From assembly GCA_013115125.1 (NCBI GenBank), contig JABANN010000404.1:1-32186 (forward strand): 32,186 nucleotides of DNA. Reading direction: 5' to 3'. The notes beneath the pieces were generated by a model. The model saw nothing but the letters and a program-made list of their open reading frames with translations, was not told the DNA's origin and searched no databases. This document shows positions 12,101-23,708 of this stretch, in pieces. Position numbers and translations under genes: made by a program. How positions within the stretch are numbered: the first letter of the stretch is position 1; the number at the start of each line of letters is the position of its first letter. Origin of the DNA: Perkinsus olseni (Eukaryota).

Positions 12101-13733
12101 CAGAGAAGCAGTCCCGCGGCACCACCCTCTTACCGCCACCGAAAGGGCCTTGTAGAAGTACGTCTTGTATTGGTACCCGAAATAAGATCCGTTACCAACA
12201 CTACCACTGCTACCGCTGCTGCTGCCCTTCGTCTGCTGTCCATCACTCGAGGCGGCGGCAGGCACGGCATCCCGAGTACCGCCCCCTCCCTCGGGCAGTG
12301 ACAGGAGTGTATGATACTTATTCTGGACGAACTCGGGGACTACAGAGAGACAACAGCAACCAGGAAATCCACTCCACCTACGGTCAGGCCTAGCAGCTAC
12401 ACACCGTCAACCCAGCACTTCTATGTGATGCGAGCCTTCGAGTAACGCCAAAATCCGACCGAGCAGTACAAGGGTGCCATCACCAGTTTGCGAGGCGAAA
12501 GACTCTGCTCCCGGAATTTTCATATATTTTTCCAAGAGTCACCCAGGCGCGTGCCGGGTCCCCCCACGAGATGCCCTACCAGCCGGCATGTTAGAGTCGA
12601 CAGGATAGTCCCTGTTCGAGAGTACGGTGTTTACCCGATGCATCTGCAGCTCCTTCCGAATGGTCTGAGAACACCAGCAAAAATGATGCAAAAGAATAAT
12701 CGCTTCGCTCCGCCTACAGGGTCAGCACTCAAGGAGGTTGCGTGTGGTGGGGGTCGCTCTAACATGTAGGGCGGCAGCGGCGCCGGCTTTTCCACCGGCG
12801 GGATGGGAGACCTCGGCATCCTGTTCGGAGGCCTCACGCCTCTTCCAACTGCTGATGATGGTAATACGAAGGGAGGGGCACCAGAAGAGGAGGAAGAGGA
12901 GGGTGGAGGAGGACGGTTAGGGGAACTGAAGGGGATGAGATATACAGAGGCATCTAACCTCCCACGTATCTTGCTATGTTCAACCTAAGATACGGCGAGT
13001 GCACGCTCCTTCCGCTCAAGATGGTGCAGCGAGACTTCGCAGGGAGAGTGCGTTGAATAAGATACCCCTAGCGAAATGAATTTAACTCAGATCAATCCCT
13101 TGCACAGCCGTGAGAGTCAGGGCCACTGAACTCATCACGAAACCGGGAAGATCCTCGAAAAACGAGGAAACCTTCTCACGGATACAAGTCCGAGCTGTCC
13201 TCGCCCCACGACATGAGCATTGCTCGGCGACCGCGCGTCGCGGAATTCCTCCGTTCCCCCAGTCCATGAACAGTACGCTACTACAACGAGGCTTGAGTCT
13301 GCCCGAGAATGCCCAGAAGGTGTTATACCATCTCTCCCCCTCCCTGAGTACCTTCCCGTAGTCTTCTGTGGTGAATCCATCGGCTGCTGCTGCTGCTGCT
13401 GAGAACTCTGTGGCGTCGTCGCATCTCCTGCTCCCATCACGGCAGCATTCCTCACACTACAACCACTACCAGCCGCTGTACTCTGCGCAGGCCTGTGGCG
13501 AGGAGCAAGTATTACCCCAAGGGCTGCTGATACCCTCCTTACTTTGATGATACCTTGGGTACGGCTGGTGGAGGCCCGGGAGGGGGAGGGGGCGGAGGGG
13601 GCATCCCCGGTGGTGGTCCCCAGACTGATGATGCCAGACCCGTAGTTGAGGGCGGCGGCGGCGGCGGCGGACCCCAGCAGGGCCCACGCGAAGGCGGCTG
13701 CTTGGATAGTGGGGGTGGGGAACCTGAGATCAC
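9138..13733 (-). CDS. PAN3: PAN2-PAN3 deadenylase subunit PAN3 (pseudokinase plus C-terminal domain), multi-exon; 5' end uncertain
   Basis: Spliced exons give PAN3 motifs in the expected order: IRKELQMHR; KYHTLLSL; YFYKALSVA/DSYVYCLCRVDGF; HPCIVPLRQAFGTRDF; QLIMCLKYIHSHGLSAKVIHPTKILVT; QQKDLICLGRLILSMA; YSDDLKSL; EVDNSRMLKLLIKL; MFMEYLFGQV; HHVLDGLAKADVG; DGADCVLATFGDIKRSVDGSFRDL. Pro-rich N-terminus. Stop TAA at 9138-9140. Confidence 0.85.
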
Positions 13734-14039
13734 TGCTCATTCCCTCAACCGTGAAAAGAGTCGTGCAGCAGATTTCCTGTCGCCCCACACGTAGAGTTAC
13801 TACTGCCCTCAAGATCAATCAACAAGAAGCCCTAGTGCGTTTTCCCCACTATCCATACTGTTGCCCGCTAATCCCCCTCAGATGACGAAGGGGCCCTCAG
13901 TTGTCTTGAGCCTCAGAGAGAACCATCACTGATGGTCGTGTAAGTGTTCAAAACGACCACGATTTAGTTACTATCCTCATGGGATTCTTAACTCTGCCCG
14001 ACCGGTCATGAGGCTCTCCCATGAATCCGAGCGAACCCC

Positions 14040-15141
14040 TCACTCACTTGCAGCCTTCTCAAGTGCACTACTGCTTGGAGGCAACCTAAGATACTCAAAG
14101 ATACTCCCAAGGCCGCCCCTAGGTAACCTATCGGTACTCAGGGAATGCTGATCGGGAGAGCGGAGATAGAGCCCTTCGTGCGTAGTCCGGCGGTGGTGAC
14201 GCTGCTGCAGCCGGAACGGCGGGGGTGGCAGGCTGCTGACAGGAGGCAGCCGCTCGAGGCCCTCTGGGTTCGCGGATGCCATTACATCACGATCTCTCGG
14301 CCTGGTGAGGACAGTCTTCGGTCTGGCTGCTGCTGTTGAGGCCCCACCACTGCTGCTACCACCTAGAGTTGCGGAAGTTGTGGTATCATGTTGGGAAGAA
14401 CGCGTGATGATACCACTGCTCTTCCTCCGTCTCGTGGCTCCCGAGGAGGCTGCTTGCTTGTGGGTGACGGCACTCGTCTGATTGCCGCCGTTGGTGTGGC
14501 CCGACCGGCCGGAGATAGATCGATTAGGTGAATGATGGGCGTAGGTACAGGAGTCCCCAAACTCACTGAGCAAGATATCCAAGGTCGAAGCTTGCAAGAT
14601 ACGGAATAGGTCGAGTCCCGTTACTACCATTTTCCTAAATATGTCCAATTCCGGCAAGGTGCCACCCCTGAAGTGTCATTGTTGTTATTATTGTTCTCTC
14701 TTCGACTCATTAAAGACTAAGATACCTCTGAAGTCGACGGGTGAACTACTGGAGAAGAGGGCGAGCTCCTTACCTTTGAGATTGATACAATTATAATGAT
14801 ACTGATGTGGCAACCTCTGATGCTGCTGGCTACAACAAGTGCAACGGAGAGCCGCAACAAACGCTGAACGAGGAACCTCTGATTTCGTGGCGAGAGACAC
14901 TCTACCCGCGTAATTGATTGATAACTGTGAACGCAACTGTCGGAGAGAATCTTATCAACCTATTCTGAATCTTCCAACTCAACCTGCAGGATGCGCTCAG
15001 ACGTATTTCACGGACCGGCGGACACAGCAAGATCAAAATGGCGAACGCGCACCAAAATCGTAGCGGAGCGATGCAGTGCCGACAACGATAGAGAAATGTA
15101 GAGATATCCCGACTGTTGTTGCGCAACTCGTTGTTGGCCAT
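14040..15141 (-). CDS. Hypothetical low-complexity S/T/G/R-rich exons (separate gene or 5' extension of PAN3)
   Basis: Long open frame 14040-14657 containing a GT-AG intron near 14567-14627, with further open segments up to ATG 15141. Confidence 0.35.
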
Positions 15142-15454
15142 TGATGAATGATGACAGAGTAGTTGCGTGGAGCAACCAAAACAAAGTGTTTAGTTGTTCA
15201 GAAGAGTCCTCGGCCCTCACGTCTAGTACGGCGCCTAAAGTCGATTCTGAGTTCCAGTATCAGTTGACGGAACAACTCCGAGTTATATTATCACGGAGAG
15301 CTTCAACTTATACCATGTCTTCATCCAGGCGTCCCTCTTCCACACACGTCCCGCCACTTCGCCTTGTGGTTCTCTGTTTTTCCCTATTTGCCATCAATCT
15401 ATCGGTTTTGTTGAGTATGTTGTGAATGGGCGAGTAGTAGCCTCTGACTTTACC

Positions 15455-18400
15455 ATGACCGGTGGAGGCGGGGCGGGTGCAGGGGCGGCCGTTTACGCCT
15501 CTGAGAATGAGCAAGTACTCTATGCCAGAGATGTTAGAGTCAGGATAAGGCCGCAGGAGAGGGAAGAGTAATCCCGACCTTCTCTAGTATCTTCACGCTC
15601 AACCTCCAAGATACTTCATCTCGGCGTCGGTATTAGTTTCCACACTAGAGCGGTCGTTGACGTCACCCGACGTTTGGATCACCAACTGGACTACTGTTCC
15701 TCACTCGACTAACCAGGAGGTCTCCGGATCAATCCCTGGCTTGGACAGGTACTCCGCCAATCTCACGTTGAAGCTTTCCCTACAGACAGCGAGCAGCTCT
15801 TCCAGTTCTGGCAGTGGAACACGAGCAGCTGTCTCGTCCAGCGGCGCTCTGATGATCACTATTACGGACGGTCGGGACCCATTCTTCCTGTAGTGGCGTG
15901 TTGTAGTGCAATTTGGGAAAGGTGTGGTATGGAAGGTATACGTTATCCCTTGCTGAGACCGACTACCACACCCTCAAGACAGAGCAGAGGTTACTAGTGG
16001 ACTTCCAGAATTTTCCCAAGATGATAACGGAGCTCGTCGCGGAATGCGTAGGTTCATGGAGAGTTATCAATTTCTGTGCTCCCTTCAATCGCCACGAACA
16101 TAACCATATGGACCCTTCCTGCATTCGTTACTCCGGATTAGGCCCATAACGGCGGCAGCCCACCAGCAGGAGGTCAGAATATGTCCGTCTACCTGACAGT
16201 CGGCGAGTCAACTGTTGAATCGACGCTCAGCATTATAGAGGCTAATCAGTTCAGAGAGATCACACATTTGTGCTTGAGGATGCGGAAAGGTAGTGAGTCT
16301 ATCAGAACCCCGTCTCGGTTGGCTGAGGGTCTCTCCGTTGTTGAAGATCGGCTCGGAAAGGCTAGGACTTCACACGGATCTGCTTAACTGAGTGGGAGCG
16401 GATATCACGCTATTTCTAGTCGCGACATCTCTCAGGCACGGACGAAGTGTTGAAGCACTATTTGGCGTCTAAGTTGAGTCACTTCCAGCAGCTGTCTGAG
16501 AGGCTCGAGGAGACATTGTGCAACACAGAGAAGGAATTAAGGTAGGCTCAATCATGCATAAGGGGTTTGAAGGAGGACGATGGTCAGACGGGTGGCGGCG
16601 GAGCGACAGTCCCAAGCGGAGGAGATAAACTTGATGAAGGTCGGTAGCTGGCCTCCCTCTTTCTCGCGGGTGTTGATCGTCGGGTCCTGTAGCTCAGTGG
16701 TTAGAGCGACGGTCTTATGAGCCGTAGGTCGTGGGTTCGACCACCGCCGGGACTACATAAGATTGCCATTTCTTGCAGGCGGAACGATGTCAACTGGAAC
16801 AGAGCATGAAGGCTGGTCACGAGAGAGAGCTAGCCGAGCTTAGCGAGCGCCATGCTCGAGAGATCCGGGATAATCATCATACGTAGCATCATCGCGAACG
16901 CAGTTCAACAACAGAGTCCTACTGATTTCTGTTAGACTCACTGCTGAGCGGGACAATGCAGTTAAGGAACTAACAGCTCAGCTTGAGGCCGCCCAGGCAG
17001 CTGCAGAGTCATCAGCGAAAGCAGCTACCGAGGCTCAGCATAGGGTGAACAGAAGTGCCTGGTGCTCTACTTGGACCCGGGGTGTCCTGCAGGTTGTAGC
17101 ACTTGAGAACTCTCTATCGAGTTCGAGCAGAAAATTGGAAGCTGCCTTGAAGGAGTTGGAAGAGGACAAGGAACGGTACGGATCGACGAGCGCTGAAGTG
17201 AAAAGGCTCGAAAAAGAGAAGTAGTGCTGGCGCTTATCGACGCCCCCATTAAAAGACTCCGCTCATCAGCTACATTTTGGAGAAGCAGTTGTCCGAGGCA
17301 GGGGTATCTTTAGCGCTCTGCAAGGAGCAGCTAGCGGCCAAGGAGGAACTCGCCAGTAGTACCCGGGACTACCCTCGGGATCGGTAGCAGCTGACGCCGA
17401 TTCCACTGCTCGTGAACGAACGCTGCCGGGTATCCTTTAATATAATCTCGCCGTCGCCGCGTTGGGCTGCCGGGCATCCAAGCTGTGTCGTTCCAGTTTG
17501 AGTGTCTGGGCGCAGATAAGTCGAAGGAATTGCTGGAGCAAGCGAATCAGCAGAAGTCCTCACTCGAGGAGCAGATACAGATGTGTGTTGGAGGCGTGCC
17601 GGTAGCGGGACTCGAACCGGGGACCTTCTCGTTGACAGGTATCGGACGAGTCTCGCTCAACTAGAAGAGAAGTTGAGTGTGAGCTTCAAAGAGACTACGA
17701 AGGGCAATGAAGTGATCAAGAAACTGCAGGATCAGATAAAAGCATACAAGTCCAGAGTGAAGGGGTTGAAGCAAGTAATGAAGGCATCAGCCGAGCCGAG
17801 GACTCCCTCGGGAGTCCCGAGTCGGGACCAATGGTGGGGTCCATACTCCATCAGCTCATGCCAGTGCATGTGGTGCTTGCTGTATGACACCGTACAGCAC
17901 AACGGTGTGGCTTTCGAGATTTTTGTCGGCGTTCATCTTGATGCTCTTCTCCAGCCTGCCTCTGATGGAAGTTAATTTGGTGAGCGACGCCTTTTGCCTG
18001 TAGGCAATGCAGACACACGAGGAGACGATCCATGAGCTCGATCATCGTCTACTCGAGGAGCAACGGTCTCATGATGACAGCAAGCTCGAGCACAAGCGTA
18101 CTGTTTGCTGCTCATCATCAGTTATCTTCATCAGCCTTGTAGGTGCCCTAGACGCCTTGGACAGAGCCCAAGAGGACTGCGAGGCGACGAGGGGGAAGTT
18201 GGCAGAAGCACATAAACTACTTGAGTCGAACGAGCAAGTCATCTCCTACCTCAATAAGCGGCTGACTGATCGAGATGTTAAAGTAGCTCTGGCATCTCTG
18301 TGGCCCGTTGGCTGGATCAATGCCATCAGGTCCTATCAGGAGTGGAGCCCTCAACGTCGTCATCTGCTTCCGGGTACTCAGCCTTGAGTCTGCCAATACT

Positions 18401-18936
18401 ACCATCACACAGACAGCATCCAACGCAAGCCTCTGCCCTCGGTGCCGCTGCAGCTTCAACGAGTCATCATCACTCGGGGACTAGTAGCAGCAGGAGCCAC
18501 TCTCCGAGCACTTCGAGGCCAGTTGGAGGAGGAGTCCTGGCCAACAGGACCAATGGTACGCTGTAAACGACGTCTCTTGTCTCTAGCACTGCCTCAGTTT
18601 TCGAAGGGAGCAGCGGAGCGATGCAGCTAGCTAACGTTGGTCGGCAGCCAGCACCACCTTACCAGAGTGGCCAGAGGTTGGCCTCGGGCTTCACTATACC
18701 TGGGGGACCATCGGCTAAGAGGCCCAACTTGGAGGAGATATCAGCGATTGGTGGGTTCGTCACGGGACGCCTTCGTCGTAGTAGTGACTAGGACAGCGGG
18801 TCGTCGTGTAGGTCATCATCAAGGGACGAGAATGGAGAACCAGCCTCCGTCTTCAGCTACTACCATCACGCCCTCCTCTTCCGCCCTTCAGAGCAGGCTA
18901 GCGGCGGGGCCTGTACGATTCTTGCCCAAATCTTGA
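15455..18936 (+). CDS. SAS6: Centriolar/basal body cartwheel protein SAS-6, multi-exon
   Basis: Spliced N-terminal head domain: ITDGRDPFFL/YTLSLAETDYHTLKTEQRLLVDFQNFPKMITELV, IIEANQFREITHLCLRMRKG/TDEVLKHYLASKL. Followed by coiled coil (KGNEVIKKLQ, SNEQVISYLNKRL) and a low-complexity tail. First intron 15568-15748. Confidence 0.92.
16683..16755 (+). tRNA. tRNA-Ile (anticodon TAT), intronless, inside a SAS-6 intron; possibly a pseudo-tRNA
   Basis: 73 nt cloverleaf: acceptor GGTCCTG/CGGGACT+A, D arm GCTC/GAGC, anticodon stem ACGGT/GCCGT with loop CTTATGA, T loop TTCGACC. Position 53:61 is G:A instead of G:C. Confidence 0.85.
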
Positions 18937-19101
18937 GATAATTAGCTCGTGTCCAGCACCGCCTACTCAGCATGATTGTCCATTCCCATACTGCCCTAGC
19001 AAGGTTGTGGTGTTGTGAGCACTCCGAGGAGGGCGAGAGTCGGTACTCCTCCAGTTTATACCCGCCTTCCCATCATCATTAGACAGACAGACTGTGGAAG
19101 A

Positions 19102-20209
19102 ATGACGAGCTCAACCTCCTTGCAGTTTGAGGAAACGCAGGCAGTGGAACCGACCGTCGTGATGTAGCCCGGTGGACCCCGCCGGCCCGCACGATTTGGT
19201 GGATGCCAGATCGCCCTCCGATGGACAGCCACCCGATGTAGAGTCACTAACATCGAGGCTGTCGCTACCGGAGATACACTTCGACCTCACCAAGGGCTTC
19301 CCGAGGGTACCACACAAGCTCAGCTTGAAGGAGAAGGCCGTGAAGATCGTTGAAGCACTGATGACGACGCCACCAGTACATCTGTTGTTACTGCTTGGCC
19401 AAATACTCGCCTGCCTGCTCTCCGCCATGTATGCTATCTCCCAGCTCATTGTCGTAGGAATTCCGAGGTAAGGCAGCTCAGTCGGTGGGGGGTGCATCGC
19501 CTCCCGCAGGGTGCCGTCGTACTTCCAACTCTCCCCTGAGGCCCTCGCCGACACCCTGGAAGGCTACTTTCGGTCCACCTGGAGTGGTGTTCTGTGAGAG
19601 CCGACTGAGCAGCGTATTTGATACGACCCTTGACTTGCATGGCCCTTCAGTTCCTGCTCGATCTACTCCTTGCTGTGCCTCTGGACTACCACTCGGATAG
19701 TGAAGCAGGTTTTCCTATTACCACTCGATCGAGGTGAGTGAGGCATTTTGTCGGGCCCCGAAGGCAGCCTAGAGAGTAGATTCAGAGTACACAGGTTATG
19801 ATGGCGCTGCTGCCCCCGTCTCGCACGAGTCGTGCTAGGGTTCTTTCGTCCGCCATTTATGATGTCATGGTGACCCACCCTGTTCTGGATGTATCCTCTC
19901 AGGCTCCTCGGCATCGCTGCTTCAACCCTTCAACCCTCCGTCATCATCAACTACTGCTCGTCGTTCTTGCTCACGACTCGACTGTCTTCTATCGCCATGG
20001 CGAGCTCTCGTTCGGATCATCAGGATATACCTGGACTATCGTACCTCATGGTTTTGGAAGAGGTAGGTCGGAGGGGGGCAGTAGAAGGGCTGCAGCTCTT
20101 CCACAGACCTATACTTATTTCCAGCTATTTTTACACGTCAAGATCAACCTTGTGGGCCCTTTTGACACTCAGAGGAGATCTGTCAAGCATCCGCGCTGCG
20201 AGATTCTGA
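19102..20209 (+). CDS. Hypothetical multi-exon membrane protein (3' structure uncertain)
   Basis: ATG 19102. An intron at ~19164-19209 restores the frame into a hydrophobic segment VHLLLLLGQILACLLSAMYAISQLIVVG. Further GT-AG introns and hydrophobic exons follow. Confidence 0.5.
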
Positions 20210-20550
20210 GGGGCAAACTGCGCTCGACGAGGCTCGATTATGTGCAACCCAGCCTAGGTGATGGTAGAAGCTGAGTAGGCTAGTCCCCTGGGTACGAGTT
20301 CCCGCTGAACCGTGTTTGAGACTGAGAGTTCCGCTCTCTCCATGAACTCAATTCGATAGGCGAAACCACAACCAAGACGGCCGAAGAAGCCTGTGACAAA
20401 TCAGGCCGTGCAGTCACGTTCGGTGCCCTGTATTGATTACTTGCCGTCAACTGCTTTCCTCACAGAACAACAACAAAAGCACTAGCCAATCGTGGTTGAT
20501 AAAAATACAACAAGAGCATCGCGGCTTATCATCAGTGATGATGATTGTCA

Positions 20551-21164
20551 TTATTCGTCATCCTCACTTTCGTCATCTCTGGCCTCGCTTACCGTCCAGC
20601 TACTCGTCTTCCGGAGGACTTCGAATTGACTGCAGACCTTGGTATAGAAGTCAGGGAATATACTGGGAGCGTTCATAGCCACGTGGAGCTGCTGAACAGC
20701 GTCGTAACAGTACGTCGCGGTTATACGGTATGTGCCCAGCGGGTTAGCTCTGCTGCCGACAGCGGGGAAGTTTCGGCTGAAGAGAAAATGTCGCGCGATG
20801 ACGTTTGGTTGGCGTGCCCGAGCCTTACTTGTAGTATGAATGTGTTGGGCAGTCGATCGATCTCGTAACAATCGATTGACTGTCTTGATCGATTTTGAAG
20901 CGCCAAAACAACTCACCTTGACGAAGGGGGAAGTAGCCATGCTTGTCGTCATAAGCCACTTCACATGTTTTCTGAATTGTGGTCACTGTGACGTCTTCCA
21001 TCTGACAGGACAAGTCGTGCCATCACAGCATCTCTGCTCATGGTCAAATGTGCTACTACATCTAGTGGACCACTAGCCTTGTGTGGGGTCGCGCCCTTTG
21101 ACGTACGCAGGGCAGAGGCAGTGAAGGCGCAGACTGCTAGAAGTACAGGGGAGAGAATTGTCAT
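20551..21164 (-). pseudogene. Secreted Cys-containing family, copy 1, with +1 frameshift near 21023
   Basis: Signal peptide MTILSPVLLAVCAFTASA. The homologous body (SCQME...CEVAY...WRFKID...IDCPTHSYY) is in a different frame. Intron 20777-20828, acidic tail. Confidence 0.7.
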
Positions 21165-23219
21165 AGCTTACGGTGCGAGCTGGGGAGTGCGGGAAATTGG
21201 GCGTTGCTTGAGACGAGCGTCGCGTAAGAGCGCGCCCGAGACAGGATTATCCGGCTCCAGCGGGAGAGAGTAGATGGGCAGAGAAGCACGAAAGCTTCTT
21301 CAGTGCAGGTGGCGAGACTATCAGAGAGATTACGCTATAGGCTGTGCAGCGTAATCTTCATAACATTTCAAGGTGGCGAGACTATCCCGGCAACATCAAA
21401 TCGAGTTACAGAAGCCAGTCGAACCGGCGTCAGTCGCTACATTGTTTCTTCGCCGCGAAAATGCTTCTAGGCGTTACCCTAATACCTCAGCATGCCTCAC
21501 AGTTGAGGCATGCTAATGGCTCTCTTGTCCGCGAACATGAAAGCTTGAATACGTTGCGTTCTTTTTGGTTTTTCTGGTGAGTCTCACAGCTGTATGTGTG
21601 ATAACTCACGGGGAGCAGTCACTGGGCACCGGCTCACGGCGGGCAAGCTGGTACGGAGTCATCATCCAGAGTATGTATGGGGAGGTCCTGCAGACTCTGG
21701 ATTCGCATGTCATACAATAAGTTATTGCCGGTAAACAGCGATGGCTCATAAGTGAGGCTGCACACAGCCCTGCATCCGGGATAGAGTACTGAACAGAAGC
21801 GGTAGAAAGCAGTGATTACGACAGCCCATTCGTTGCCCCTGCGACAATACCCGCAGTCACCACTGATGCACCAAGTAACTTAAGGGTGTAGGAAGACGAA
21901 ACTGCCGCCGCTGGTACGATTCAGTACGGCCGCATGATTAGTGTTTTTGAGGCAGGCAGGCCGGACGCGGGTGCTCGCTCTGCGATTATTCCAGGCGTGG
22001 GTCCTGAAGACACCACGCCTGACTCACTCGCATACGCCGTACACGCGTCCACCAGCGGGACATCCGACGTTTAGAGCCAATCGAAGAGGAGTATTATCGA
22101 CACTCAACGCTGTGAGGTATGGCAAGGTGTAAGTAGCAGTTCTTACTAGAGAAGGAACCCCGATAAGTGGCGCACAGTCAGATTGAGTCAATCATTGGCT
22201 TAAATTAACCGGGATTGGTTGACGGTTTTTCGGTAGCTACAGCGGCCTCTGCAGGGAGTAACTTGGCTGGAGAGGACGAGTCCAACAAGGTCAACGATCC
22301 GCTGAGAGAGTTTAACACCCGCAATGAAGGTGAATGTAGTAGCATGCCAGCACACCCGAACGTGCATAGTACGAGGCGAGTTTTGGCCGCTGAGCTGCTG
22401 AACTTGAGGGGTGCTCAACGACCACAATAGACGCGCCTTGCACGGTAGGTCATCAACGATGCGTAATCTGCCGAGCAAAACTGGTGGTTCGGATCATCAG
22501 AACCTGATGGTCCGAGACGATGTTGTGCAGCTGCAACGGAAGCTAGCGGAAATCATAGCGCACGCGTAGTTGCGCTATTGCGACGCGGCAAGATAGCAAG
22601 TGGAACAAGAAGCCGCCGTGACATGGGAAAAATCGAAAGTGGGATAGTTCTCGAAATATTGCACGTTGAGAACCCGTTTTAAATGATATATCAACAGAGG
22701 TGAACAAGTGCCACTGAATGGTGCAACTTTAAACGAAGTTCAACGGTTTAAAATGAATATCAAAAAAACGCAACACCCCTTCTGAGACTGATAGGTTTTC
22801 GCTGGCGCTCTGCTGATTTTTATCGCTCGCCCGGCGGGGCCCTCCCCACTCCGGCTCGCGGATCGTCCGATCCCCATGGGGGAGGTTCCACCCAGGAATG
22901 GCTCAGACCTCAATGTCAACTCCACTAGGGGGGCATGTGACAGTCATCAACGGAGGAATGTTTCGCTGGTTCAACAACAGGATGATGGGGTTATCTATTC
23001 ATGCCGGACGAGTTACTCGTGTTGCGGTTCGAGATTGCCTCTTATGACGCAAGTGCTCGTCCATAACATGATCGCGGCTAAGAGTCTCAAGGCCTTAAAA
23101 TAACGCCGATGCCCCGAAGCACGGCGGTGGTGAATGGTCCGAAGTCCTGAACAAGCCACCAGTAGCAGTCGGTCGCACACGATCTCCTTCTATTGGGCGC
23201 CTCAACAATGCCTCATGTA

Positions 23220-23708
23220 AAGGGTGTTTCAAAACCTCGTGAGCACTTTTGAGTACGCGTAAGTCAGTGTCCTGCAAGAGTTTCGGGTGAATTTTTGTGT
23301 GGCTTATGGCCAGTGTCCTCCTCAAGCGGCAAGGCGAATCTCGTCGATTTACGTGGCTGGCGACGAAAGACATGGCCAATCAACGCGCTCTCGGAGGTGG
23401 CTGGCTCAGACGACTTTCGATTCGCTCAGCCACTGTTTCTCAGCGCACTGAGTTGCAAAGTGTCATGCCATTTCGGCCCTCCCATCGGCATTTCGGCTCT
23501 GAGTTAATCGAAAGTCGTCTGAGCCAGCCACCTCCGAGAGCGCGTTGAATGGTCATATCTTCCGTCGCCAGCCACGTAAATCGACGAAATCCGGCATGCC
23601 GATTGGTGGGGATGTTGGCCATAATACCCAAAAAATTTGATTCGAAACTCTCACAGGGCACCGACTTGCACGTACCCAAAATTGCTCACGAGGTTTTGAA
23701 ACACCTTT
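23220..23708. mobile_element. Foldback/MITE-like element, ~210 bp inverted arms, flanked by TA
   Basis: TA|AAGGGTGTTTCAAAACCTCGTGAGC ... GCTCACGAGGTTTTGAAACACCTTT|TA. Arms ~23220-23429 and ~23499-23708, ~70 bp spacer, no transposase ORF. Confidence 0.8.

Larger units (their letters stand above)
1167..15614. repeat. Dispersed ~40 bp intronic element, six copies: 1167-1206(+), 1969-2008(-), 3486-3525(-), 12954-12993(+), 14575-14614(-), 15574-15614(+)
   Basis: Consensus TCRACCT-N5-GTATCTT-N14 (spacer contains a second TCRACCT)-WRGATAY, read directly from the sequence. Confidence 0.8.
631..18624. promoter_or_regulatory. Dispersed 12-mer GCGGAGCGAWGC, six copies: 631, 5145, 6815, 15063, 18613 (+) and 12702 (-)
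   Basis: Exact matches apart from one A/T position, at intronic or upstream locations. The regulatory role is inferred. Confidence 0.55.

Noticed and set aside
16290-16436. Possible C/D snoRNA in a longer SAS-6 intron
   Set aside because: No canonical C box with terminal stem, and no recognisable guide sequence.
19056-19640. Minus-strand ORFs opposite the membrane protein gene
   Set aside because: Frame-restoring GT-AG introns and TM segments favour the + strand.
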